Positions 18,791-26,614 of a DNA stretch of 64,000 bases are shown piece by piece. The translations under genes and the position numbers were made by a program. The DNA lies in contig JACCTS010000081.1 of NCBI GenBank assembly GCA_013812245.1, positions 30 through 64,029 on the forward strand. Reading direction: 5' to 3'. A model generated the notes under the pieces. That model was not told where the DNA came from. It made no database searches and saw nothing but the letters and a program-made list of their open reading frames with translations. Each line of letters begins with the position of its first letter. Position 1 is the stretch's first letter. The DNA is from Rubrobacter sp. GTDB lineage: Bacteria; Actinomycetota; Rubrobacteria; Rubrobacterales; Rubrobacteraceae.

Positions 18791-19653
18791 TGCTGGCGAG
18801 CTTCCGGGCGGAGCTACTGAAGATCCGCAAACGTCCCGCGACGTGGGTGCTGGCGCTGGTGTGGTTCGTCCTGCTGGTGCTGTTCGGTTACGTGTTCACC
18901 TACTCGTTCGCCGCCAACCCGCCCGACCCGCCGGAGAACCAGCCAGCTGCGGTACAGCAACAACAGGAGGCCCTCAACGAGCAGCTTTTGAACGGCCTCC
19001 TGCCGGAGAACCTGCTGGAGAACCTCTTCACCAACGGGACCTTTAACCTGGGCGCGGCGATAGTCCTGATCCTGGGTGCGATGGCCGCCGGCAGCGAGTA
19101 TGGTTGGGGCACCCTGAAGACCAGCCTGACCCAGCGTCCCAGCAGGTTCGGGCTGCTCGCGGGCAAGGCGCTGGCGCTCGCGGTCTTCCTGGTGCTCTTC
19201 GTGGCGCTGGGCCTCGCGGCGGGCGCCCTGAGCAGCTACGGTGTCGCCCTCCTCGAAGACGCAGCCGTCGAGTGGCCGCCGCTCGAAGAGCTGGCGAAGG
19301 CGGCTGGGGTCGGCGTCCTGACGCTCGGGGTGTGGGGCTTCCTCGGGTTCGCGCTGGCGATGCTCTTCCGGGGGACGGCGCTCGCCATCGGGCTCGGGCT
19401 GGCGTGGGCGCTTGCGGTCGAGAACACCATCGCGCTCCTTCCCATAGACAGCGACTGGTGGGAGAGCTTCCGTCGGCTAACCCTCGGTGAGAACACCGCC
19501 TCCCTCGGGAGCATCTTCGGCGACCCCAACCCGGCCTTCGGCATACCGGAGCCGCTGGTGGAGCCGGAGCGAGCGGCGATCACACTCGGCTTATACGTCG
19601 CCATCTTCGCCGCGCTCTCGCTCTTCCTCCTCCTGCGCCGGGACGTTACTTGA
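18790..19653 (+). CDS. ABC-2 family transporter permease
   Basis: The ATG overlaps the ATPase stop (TGATG). Six predicted TM segments. Confidence 0.8.
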   Translation: MLASFRAELLKIRKRPATWVLALVWFVLLVLFGYVFTYSFAANPPDPPENQPAAVQQQQEALNEQLLNGLLPENLLENLFTNGTFNLGAAIVLILGAMAAGSEYGWGTLKTSLTQRPSRFGLLAGKALALAVFLVLFVALGLAAGALSSYGVALLEDAAVEWPPLEELAKAAGVGVLTLGVWGFLGFALAMLFRGTALAIGLGLAWALAVENTIALLPIDSDWWESFRRLTLGENTASLGSIFGDPNPAFGIPEPLVEPERAAITLGLYVAIFAALSLFLLLRRDVT

Positions 19654-19663
19654 CCGCACGGCG

Positions 19664-19691
19664 AGCTATCAGCTATCAGCAAGAGCAGAAA
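19664..19691. repeat. phased 7-bp tandem repeat
   Basis: AGCTATC AGCTATC AGCAAGA GCAGAAA, 11 nt after the permease stop. Shares TCAGCAAGA with the array at 26304-26312. Confidence 0.8.
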
Positions 19692-19803
19692 GCCACTCGC
19701 CCAAAGGTGGGTACTGAAAGCGAAGTCCATGAAAGTGGATACACCCTCGGCGAGGCTTTGATCGGCGAGTACAGTCTATTCGGGACAGTATTTCCTGATG
19801 CCT

Positions 19804-20030
19804 GAGAGCCTGTTTTGTAGAGTTCGAGGGTCGGAATGGTTGTGTACGCTCCTGTACATGAGAAAGATCTACACCACCGACCTCTCCGACGAGGAATGGA
19901 CCTGTCTGAAAGCTCATCTTCCGGCCTCAAAGCTACCGGCCACAATGCGTGCCCCGCCTTGCGCAAGACCTTCGACGCCATCTCTTATGTATTGAAGAGA
20001 GGCTGTCCCAGGCGACCGCCGCGGGGCTGA
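19804..20030 (+). mobile_element. IS5-family element, left end plus frameshifted 5' transposase fragment (remnant)
   Basis: The terminal sequence GAGAGCCTGTTTTGTAGAGTT is followed by the ATG at 19858 (MRKIYTTDLSDEEWTCLKAHLPASK). The frame then slips to KATGHNACPALRKTFDAISYVLKRGC (DUF4096-type N-terminus). There is no DDE domain. Confidence 0.6.
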
Positions 20031-20044
20031 GTATTCGGATTCCG

Positions 20045-20539
20045 CTACAGGTTCTTGAAGTACCTGGCTATCGGCAGGTGGACGTAGCCGGCCTTCTCGT
20101 ACGTGCGGCGCGCCGCAGCATGTCCGGGGTCTCCTCCCGTCTCGACCATTGCTACCGTCATCCCGGCGTCTTTGAGCCTGTCGAGCGCGAACTCGGTTAG
20201 GGCGGTTCCGATGCCGCCGCCCTGGTAGTCGGGGTCAACAGCCAGCATGGAGATCTCACCCATACTGCGTTCAGGATCATAAACCTCGGCCGCCACGAAG
20301 CCGACGGTGCTCCCACCTACCTCGGCGACCCACACCTGCGTCTCTTGCGAGGCGCAGACGTCCTCTACCGCCCGCCGCTGATCTTCTCGCCAGTCTGGAT
20401 GCTGTCGCCTGAAAATCTCGGAACCCAACGCCTGCTCAAGAGACGCGAAGACCGGCGCCCACGCCCGCAGCGAGAGGTCAACTACCGCCTCGGCGTCTCG
20501 ATCGTCAAATGGTCGAATCCGTGGCCGCATGGACTCCAC
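20045..20539 (-). CDS. GNAT family N-acetyltransferase
   Basis: Acetyl-CoA motif LAVDPDYQGGGIGTALTEFALDRLK. 164 aa. Confidence 0.85.
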   Translation of the reverse strand: MESMRPRIRPFDDRDAEAVVDLSLRAWAPVFASLEQALGSEIFRRQHPDWREDQRRAVEDVCASQETQVWVAEVGGSTVGFVAAEVYDPERSMGEISMLAVDPDYQGGGIGTALTEFALDRLKDAGMTVAMVETGGDPGHAAARRTYEKAGYVHLPIARYFKNL

Positions 20540-20598
20540 TTCCTGACACTAACAGAAACCAAATCTATTCACCCAACACGTCTACTAAGATTCTACAT

Positions 20599-20781
20599 CT
20601 AGAAGATGGCATCGAAGACGTCGCGCAGGAAGTAAGTGCGTATTCTGAGCGTCTTTGGCAGATCAGGCAGACGGCAGCGCAGATAATCCCTCTCTTGGTC
20701 GGACAGGCCGGTAGGATAGCCCTTTCTCATTCATAGAAACCTACAGGATCACTCCAACCCTCAACTCTACAAAACACGCTC
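20599..20781 (-). mobile_element. second IS5-family left end plus 43-codon 5' transposase fragment, inverted relative to the first
   Basis: Minus strand has GAGCGTGTTTTGTAGAGTTGAGGGTTGGAGTGA and then the ATG at 20730 (MRKGYPTGLSDQERDYLRCRLPDLPKTLRIRTYFLRDVFDAIF-stop). It is about 75% identical to the left copy over the end sequence. Confidence 0.6.
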
Positions 20782-20815
20782 TGAAACCCGTAGCCTGAAA
20801 CCTGAAACCTGTGCC
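20781..20815. repeat. phased 7-bp tandem repeat
   Basis: CTGAAAC CCGTAGC CTGAAAC CTGAAAC CTGTGCC, directly beside the nadE stop codon. Confidence 0.8.
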
Positions 20816-20818
20816 CCG

Positions 20819-22561
20819 CTAATGTTCGATAGCCTCTTCCGGATCGCGCTCGAAGTAACGGTTGGTCATGGGCATGCGCCGGTCTCGCCCGAAGGCCCGG
20901 CTGGTGACCTTTATGCCGATGGGCGCCTGGCGCCGCTTGTACTCGGCCCGGTCAACGAGCTTTATCACGCGGCGCACGTCCTCCTCCTCGTAGCCGGAAG
21001 CCACGATCCCACCGACCCCCTTGTCCTCCTCGATGTACGCCTCGAGGATGGGGTCGAGGACCTCATACGGCGGCAGCGAGTCCACGTCGCGCTGGCCGGG
21101 TCTTAGTTCCGCCGAGGGCTCTTTGGTCAGGATGGACTCCGGGATAATCTCGCGTCCTTCCGACTCGTTGACGTAGCGGCAGACCCGGTAGACGAGGGTC
21201 TTGGGCACGTCCTTTATGACGGCGAACCCGCCCGCCATGTCGCCGTACAACGTCGAGTAGCCCACGCTCATCTCGCTCTTGTTGCCGGTGGAGAGCACGA
21301 TCCACCCGAACTTGTTGGAGAACGCCATGACGATGTTTCCGCGTATCCGGGCCTGGATGTTCTCCTCCGCCTCGTTCTCCGGTAGCCCCTCGAACTCCTC
21401 GGCGAGCATCTCCCGGTAGGCGTCGAAGGCCGGCCCGATGGGGACGACCCGGGTCTCTATGCCGAGGTTTTCGGCGAGCGCCGCGGCGTCGGTGTTGCTT
21501 GCCTCCGAGGTATAGCGGCTCGGCATGAGGACGCCGGTCACGTTCTCCGGTCCCAGCGCCTTCGCGGCGACGACGGCGCCCAAAGAGGAGTCTATGCCGC
21601 CGGAGAGGCCGAGCACGGCCCGCGAAAAGCCGTTCTTGCGGAAGTAGTCCCCGAGGCCCAACACCAGCGCCTCGAAAACCTCGCCCTCCTCCGAGTACAG
21701 GTCTTCGACCCTCGGTCCCCCGGACCTCTCGCCGTCAGGGTTTTCCCGGTAGGCGGGGACTTCTATGACTTCCGGTGGGCGTTCGGGGTTCTCCTTGCGG
21801 GGCCGCGACTCGTGGAGGCGCTGTATCAGGACTTCCTCCGGGTAGAGGTCCACCAAGAGCAGATCCTCCTCGAACTGTTTGGCGCGGGCGACAAGCTTCC
21901 CCTCCGGGTCGAACACGACGGAGTGCCCGTCGAAGACCAGCTCGTCCTGGCCGCCGACGAGGTTGCAGAACACCACGTAGCAGCCGTAGTCCGAAGCCCG
22001 CACGGAGAGCATCCGCTCCCGAAAGGCGCCCTTCTGGCGGTGGTACGGCGAGGCGGAGATGTTCAGGAGCACGCCGGCCCCGCCGAGGGCCTGCTCCCGC
22101 GCCGGCCCGCCAGGGTACCAGATGTCCTCACAGACGCTGACCCCAACCGTCGCTCCGTCCAGCCGCAGCACCGGGGCGCCGGAGCCCTCCCTGAAGTAGC
22201 GGTTCTCGTCGAAGACGCCGTAGTTCGGCAGGTAACGCTTGTGGTAGCGGTGCAGAACCTCGCCGCCGGAGATCAGGGCGCACGCGTTGTACAGGTCCAC
22301 ATCCAGGTCCACGAAGCCCGCCGCCGCGACGACGCCTTCGGGGACTTCACCGGCGAGCGCCTCCAGGCCCTTCAAGTTGTCCGCGATGAAGCTAGGGCGC
22401 ATCAAGAGATCTTCCGGCGGGTAGCCGGGGATGGTGAGCTCCGGGAGGGCGACGATCCCCGCGCCCACGTCCACGGCCCGGTCCAGGGCCTCCGCCGCCT
22501 TCTCGACGTTGCCCCACACGTCGCCGACGGTCGTGTTGATCTGGGCCAGCGCAACCCTCAT
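20819..22561 (-). CDS. nadE: glutamine-dependent NAD+ synthetase
   Basis: Starts at MRVALAQINTTVGD (C-N hydrolase domain). The synthetase domain has the GLSGGIDSS P-loop. The 180 upstream codons of the track ORF were rejected. Confidence 0.9.
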   Translation of the reverse strand: MRVALAQINTTVGDVWGNVEKAAEALDRAVDVGAGIVALPELTIPGYPPEDLLMRPSFIADNLKGLEALAGEVPEGVVAAAGFVDLDVDLYNACALISGGEVLHRYHKRYLPNYGVFDENRYFREGSGAPVLRLDGATVGVSVCEDIWYPGGPAREQALGGAGVLLNISASPYHRQKGAFRERMLSVRASDYGCYVVFCNLVGGQDELVFDGHSVVFDPEGKLVARAKQFEEDLLLVDLYPEEVLIQRLHESRPRKENPERPPEVIEVPAYRENPDGERSGGPRVEDLYSEEGEVFEALVLGLGDYFRKNGFSRAVLGLSGGIDSSLGAVVAAKALGPENVTGVLMPSRYTSEASNTDAAALAENLGIETRVVPIGPAFDAYREMLAEEFEGLPENEAEENIQARIRGNIVMAFSNKFGWIVLSTGNKSEMSVGYSTLYGDMAGGFAVIKDVPKTLVYRVCRYVNESEGREIIPESILTKEPSAELRPGQRDVDSLPPYEVLDPILEAYIEEDKGVGGIVASGYEEEDVRRVIKLVDRAEYKRRQAPIGIKVTSRAFGRDRRMPMTNRYFERDPEEAIEH

Positions 22562-22624
22562 AAGGCCAATATACCGCGTCGAAGCGCCTCGTGCGGGTGT
22601 AGAGTGTGCCGGAGGAAGGCCGAA

Positions 22625-23497
22625 GTGAGCCGGAGCCGGGAGGAGATCAGCTTGTCGCAAGATGGTTCGTCCACGAAGGAGGCCCGTCAGCAAGCAGAGA
22701 AAGCCGCGAGGAAGGCGAGCCCCTGGATCGAACGCCTCGCGCGCTTCGGGTATCTGGCCTACGGGGTGGTCTACGTGCTGGTGGGTTTCCTGGCGGTCCA
22801 GGCGGCCATCGGCGGCGGCAAGACGGCCAGCCAGGAGGGCGCCCTGAGCACGGTCCTGCGTGCGCCGCTGGGGAAGGTCCTGCTCGGCCTGATCGTCGTC
22901 GGCCTCCTCGGCTACGCGATGTGGCGCCTCATCCAGGGCGTCCGCGACCCCGAGAACGAGGGCAAGGACGCCAGAGGGATCGTGAAGCGCGCGGACCACG
23001 TCGTCAACGGCCTCTTCCATGGGGCCCTGGCCCTTAGCGCGGGACAACTGGCGCTGGGTGGCGGCGGTGGGAGTGGCTCCCCGGACGACCTGGCGGCGCA
23101 ACTTATGAGCCAGCCCTTCGGCCGGTGGCTGATCCTGGCCGCCGGGGCGATAATCATCGTCGCCGGCCTCTACCAGTTCCGCAAGGCGTACAAGGCCGAC
23201 TTCCGGGATGAGATCAAAAGCGGAGAGATGTCAGCCTCACGGAAGCGATGGACCACGCGTGTCGGGCGCGTCGGGTACGTCGCCCGCGGCGTCGTCTTCG
23301 GCGTCATAGGCGTCTTCCTGGCCCTGGCGGCCCTCCAGACCGACCCCCAGCAGGCCCGCGGCCTGGGCGGCGCGCTACAGACCCTGGCCCAACAGCCCTT
23401 CGGCCCTTACGTCCTGGGCACCGTCGCGGCCGGGCTCATCGCCTACGGCGTCTTTATGTTCGTCATGGCGCGCTACCGCCGCATCCGGCCGGCCTGA
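22625..23497 (+). CDS. DUF1206 domain-containing membrane protein
   Basis: Has repeated RFGYLAYGVVYVLVGFLA / RVGYVARGVVFGVIGVFLA modules. GTG start 8 nt after GGAGGA. Confidence 0.75.
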   Translation: MSRSREEISLSQDGSSTKEARQQAEKAARKASPWIERLARFGYLAYGVVYVLVGFLAVQAAIGGGKTASQEGALSTVLRAPLGKVLLGLIVVGLLGYAMWRLIQGVRDPENEGKDARGIVKRADHVVNGLFHGALALSAGQLALGGGGGSGSPDDLAAQLMSQPFGRWLILAAGAIIIVAGLYQFRKAYKADFRDEIKSGEMSASRKRWTTRVGRVGYVARGVVFGVIGVFLALAALQTDPQQARGLGGALQTLAQQPFGPYVLGTVAAGLIAYGVFMFVMARYRRIRPA

Positions 23498-23502
23498 ACG
23501 CG

Positions 23503-24486
23503 ATGGCCGTAATCCCGGAAAAGCTGAAGCAGGGCGACGAGGTGCGAGTCGTCTCCCCAGCCACGAGCCTCGCGTTCATCCCCGAAGACCAGAGACAGAC
23601 CGCCGAAGAGCGCCTCACAGGGCTGGGTCTGGAGGTCACGTATTCGCGGAACGGAGAAATCCTCGACCGCTTCGACTCCGCCCCGGCCGAGGCCCGCGTC
23701 GCGGACCTGCACGAAGCCTTCAGGGAGCCGAGTGTCAAAGGGATGCTCACCACTTTGGGCGGCTACAACAGCAATCAGCTCTTGCGGCATCTGGACTACG
23801 ACCTCATCCGCGAGAACCCCAAGGTCCTCTGCGGCTTCTCCGACATCACGGCGCTGGCGACGGCCATCCACGCCAGGACCGGCCTGGTGACATACTCGGG
23901 GCCGCACTTCTCCACGTTCGGCATGAGGCGCGGCATCGAGTACACCCTGGAGCACTTCGAGCGATGCCTCACGCGCGGCGAACCCTACGAAGTGGAGGCC
24001 GCCGACCACTGGAGTGACGATGCCTGGTACGCCGACCAGGAGGACCGGGATTTCGTCCCCAACCCCGGCTACCGGATCATCCACGAGGGCGAGGCCGAAG
24101 GGAAGCTGCTCGGAGGTCATCTCGGCACCCTACTCCTGCTGTGCGGCACCTCCTACATGCCGGAGCTTGGAGGTTCGATCCTGCTGCTGGAGTGCGACGA
24201 AGAGACCCAACCCTACCACTTCGACCGGGAGCTACAATCGCTCGCCCACCAGCCGGGCTTCGAGGACGTGAAGGGGATCATACTCGGCAGGTTCCAGAGG
24301 GCTTCCGGGATGGACGCGGATACGCTCGCGGCCATCGTGAGGTGCAAGCCCGAGCTCGCCGGAATACCCATAGTCGCCGACGCCAGCTTCGGCCACACGA
24401 CGCCCCAGTTCACCTTCCCGATAGGCGGTTCGGGCAGGCTGGAGACTACGGACGGGACGGTCCGGTTCGTGATCGAAGAGCATTGA
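23503..24486 (+). CDS. LD-carboxypeptidase (peptidase S66, MccF-like)
   Basis: Starts MAVIPEKLKQGDEVRVVSPA. Nucleophile motif GFSDITAL and C-terminal FGHT. Confidence 0.8.
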   Translation: MAVIPEKLKQGDEVRVVSPATSLAFIPEDQRQTAEERLTGLGLEVTYSRNGEILDRFDSAPAEARVADLHEAFREPSVKGMLTTLGGYNSNQLLRHLDYDLIRENPKVLCGFSDITALATAIHARTGLVTYSGPHFSTFGMRRGIEYTLEHFERCLTRGEPYEVEAADHWSDDAWYADQEDRDFVPNPGYRIIHEGEAEGKLLGGHLGTLLLLCGTSYMPELGGSILLLECDEETQPYHFDRELQSLAHQPGFEDVKGIILGRFQRASGMDADTLAAIVRCKPELAGIPIVADASFGHTTPQFTFPIGGSGRLETTDGTVRFVIEEH

Positions 24487-24489
24487 ACC

Positions 24490-25116
24490 TCAGAAGATCA
24501 CGCCGGGCCGCTGGCCTTTGAGGGCTTCGCGCACCACCCGAACCACCCGCGCCAGATACCCGTCGTCGCCCGGCACGAAGTCCGCGAGGCTCACCCTGAT
24601 ACAGGCAGGCCGACCATGGCTCCACTCCTCTGCGGATACTTCCTCTCCAGCGCCCAGTCTCTCCGCATCCTCCAGACCGATACGAAGCACCGCCTCGACC
24701 TCTTCTTTCTGGAGCCGCAAATCCTGCGGGGGCGTGGGATCGAGGAGCAGGAAGACCTCGTGGAACTCGCGGTCGCATCCGTTCGGTATCTCCTGCTCGA
24801 CGCGCCGGGTTCCCAGCGGAATGAGCCTCTCCGGCCCGGCCCTGAGTCCCAGTTCTTCCTCCAACTCCCTGAGACCGTCCATTACCTCCTCTCCGCTGCG
24901 CAGGTGCCCGGCCGCGGTAACGTCAAGGCAGCCGGGCCAGGTGTCTTTCTCCGGGGCGCGGCGCTGGACGAGAAGGTAAGGGCCTTCAGCGTCGGAGCCG
25001 GCGACCCAGCAGTGGAAGCATCGATGCCAGAGCTCCATCCGATGCGCCTCGCTCTTCCACGCGACCTCGCCGGTCGGCTCTCCCGATGCGTCCAGAACAT
25101 CTATCCTCTCGTCCAT
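24490..25116 (-). CDS. NUDIX hydrolase
   Basis: Nudix box GHLRSGEEVMDGLRELEEELGL. Confidence 0.8.
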   Translation of the reverse strand: MDERIDVLDASGEPTGEVAWKSEAHRMELWHRCFHCWVAGSDAEGPYLLVQRRAPEKDTWPGCLDVTAAGHLRSGEEVMDGLRELEEELGLRAGPERLIPLGTRRVEQEIPNGCDREFHEVFLLLDPTPPQDLRLQKEEVEAVLRIGLEDAERLGAGEEVSAEEWSHGRPACIRVSLADFVPGDDGYLARVVRVVREALKGQRPGVIF

Positions 25117-25170
25117 GCCCCGGAATGTAGCATCCGCTCAAGCCAACCGGCGAGCAACGAGCCCGAAAAA

Positions 25171-25226
25171 CTGACAGGCTGAAATGCTGACAAGCTGAAA
25201 TGCTGACAAGCTGACCAGCGTGACCA
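25171..25226. repeat. phased 8-bp repeat array (forward orientation)
   Basis: CTGACAGG CTGAAATG CTGACAAG CTGAAATG CTGACAAG CTGACCAG CGTGACCA. It occupies the divergent spacer and ends 2 nt before the RBS of the dehydrogenase gene. Confidence 0.85.
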
Positions 25227-25238
25227 TAGGGAGGCAGA

Positions 25239-26273
25239 ATGACCACCGTGGTGATAGCCAGCTACTTCGAGGAAGAGCACATCCGCCGCATCCGGGAGGT
25301 AGACGAGGGTTTGAACGTCCTGTACCGGGAGGACCTCGTCCCTCCGCCGCGATGGCCAGGAGATCACAACGGCCCGGAGGACTGGGAACGCTCGCCGAAA
25401 GCGGATGAGGAATTCCTCGCCATGCTCGCTGAGGCCGAGGTGCTCTACGACTTCCCCCGAGGGCACTTGCAAGACCTCACGAAGTCAGTCCCGAAGCTCC
25501 GCTGGCTGCAGGCGAGCATGGCCGGCGCCGGGGAGGTGGCGCAGAAGGCCGGCCTGCTGGAGGCGGACGTGGTCGTCACGACGGCGAGCGGCATTTACTC
25601 CAATCCGCTCGCCGAGTTCGCCCTCATGGCGATGCTCCAGCACGCCAAGAAGCTCGACCGGCTGCGGCAGGAGAAGGCGGAGAAGGTCTGGCGCCAGGAC
25701 TTCGTGGACGCCCTGGAAGGCAAAACGCTGTGTATCGTCGGTATGGGCAACATCGGGCGCGCCATAGCGCGGCGGGCGCGGCCCTTCGGGATGCGCGTCG
25801 TCGGGGTGAAGCGGACGGTGCGCGACGACGACCCGGCTCGCGGGTACGCCGACGAGTTGCACACTACGGAGGGGTTGCGCGACGCCGTGGCGGAAGCGGA
25901 CTACGTTGCCGTCGCGCTGCCTGGCACCCCGGAGACCCGCCATCTGGTGGACGCGGCGGTCGTGGAGGCCATGAAGCCGGGGGCGTACTTCTTGAACGTC
26001 GGACGCGGGGCGGCTGTGGAGGAGGGAGCCCTGATCCGGGCTCTCCAGAACGGCCATCTCTCGGGAGTGGCGCTGGACGTGTTCGAGGTGGAGCCGCTGC
26101 CGGAGAAGAGCCCCCTGTGGGAGATGGAGAACATCATCATCAGCCCCCACGCCACGGACATGGTCCCTTCGCTCATCAACCCTCTCCAGACGGATCTTTT
26201 TTGCGAGAACCTTCGGCGCTACCTGGCGGGAGAAGAGTTGATCAACGTCCTGGACAAGCAGTTGCTCTACTAG
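25239..26273 (+). CDS. D-isomer-specific 2-hydroxyacid dehydrogenase family protein
   Basis: NAD-binding GMGNIGRAIARR. Catalytic-region pattern NVGRG...LDVF..EPLP...HA. Confidence 0.85.
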   Translation: MTTVVIASYFEEEHIRRIREVDEGLNVLYREDLVPPPRWPGDHNGPEDWERSPKADEEFLAMLAEAEVLYDFPRGHLQDLTKSVPKLRWLQASMAGAGEVAQKAGLLEADVVVTTASGIYSNPLAEFALMAMLQHAKKLDRLRQEKAEKVWRQDFVDALEGKTLCIVGMGNIGRAIARRARPFGMRVVGVKRTVRDDDPARGYADELHTTEGLRDAVAEADYVAVALPGTPETRHLVDAAVVEAMKPGAYFLNVGRGAAVEEGALIRALQNGHLSGVALDVFEVEPLPEKSPLWEMENIIISPHATDMVPSLINPLQTDLFCENLRRYLAGEELINVLDKQLLY

Positions 26274-26279
26274 AGCAAT

Positions 26280-26311
26280 TCAGCTTGTCAGCCGGTCAGC
26301 TTGTCAGCAAG
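26280..26311. repeat. phased 8-bp repeat array (inverted orientation)
   Basis: TCAGCTTG TCAGCCGG TCAGCTTG TCAGCAAG, the reverse complement of the 25171 array units. GGTCAGCTTGTCAGC (26294-26308) is a perfect inverted match to GCTGACAAGCTGACC (25202-25216). Confidence 0.85.
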
Positions 26312-26426
26312 AAGTGGCAGTTAGTTCGTTGCTCGATAGCGTCAGACGGAAGGTTTGTCCGAAGTATCGCTGTCAATAGCCGCACCGCAAACATGTCTGG
26401 ACAGAGATCTGATGGCAAAATGATGG

Positions 26427-26450
26427 CCAGTTGAAATGCCGACCGGCTGA
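26427..26450. repeat. degenerate third copy of the 8-bp array (forward orientation)
   Basis: CCAGTTGA AATGCCGA CCGGCTGA. Confidence 0.5.
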
Positions 26451-26614
26451 GGTGCCCCTCCCGTTTGCCATAGCGCGGCGGATGGTATATTTTCAGGCTA
26501 TCGCATGGACTTGAGCGAGACATCGAGTACCAGCGCGTCTCCTGCCTGGGGACGCGCCCATAATTCCCTTTCCGAGGAGTCACCCTGGATATAGCAGCCG
26601 TTGGTCTGCCCGCG

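Noticed and set aside
22562-23101. Long N-terminal extensions offered by the ORF track. Examples: nadE 20819..23101, xdh 11638..14268, tgpA-like 40446..43334, thiL 59831..61507, thiE 62034..62999, LD-carboxypeptidase 23248.., giant kinase 49439...
   Set aside because: The extensions overlap the neighbouring upstream gene and are compositionally non-protein-like. Internal starts are preceded by RBS or by stop-start overlaps, and they coincide with the family N-termini.
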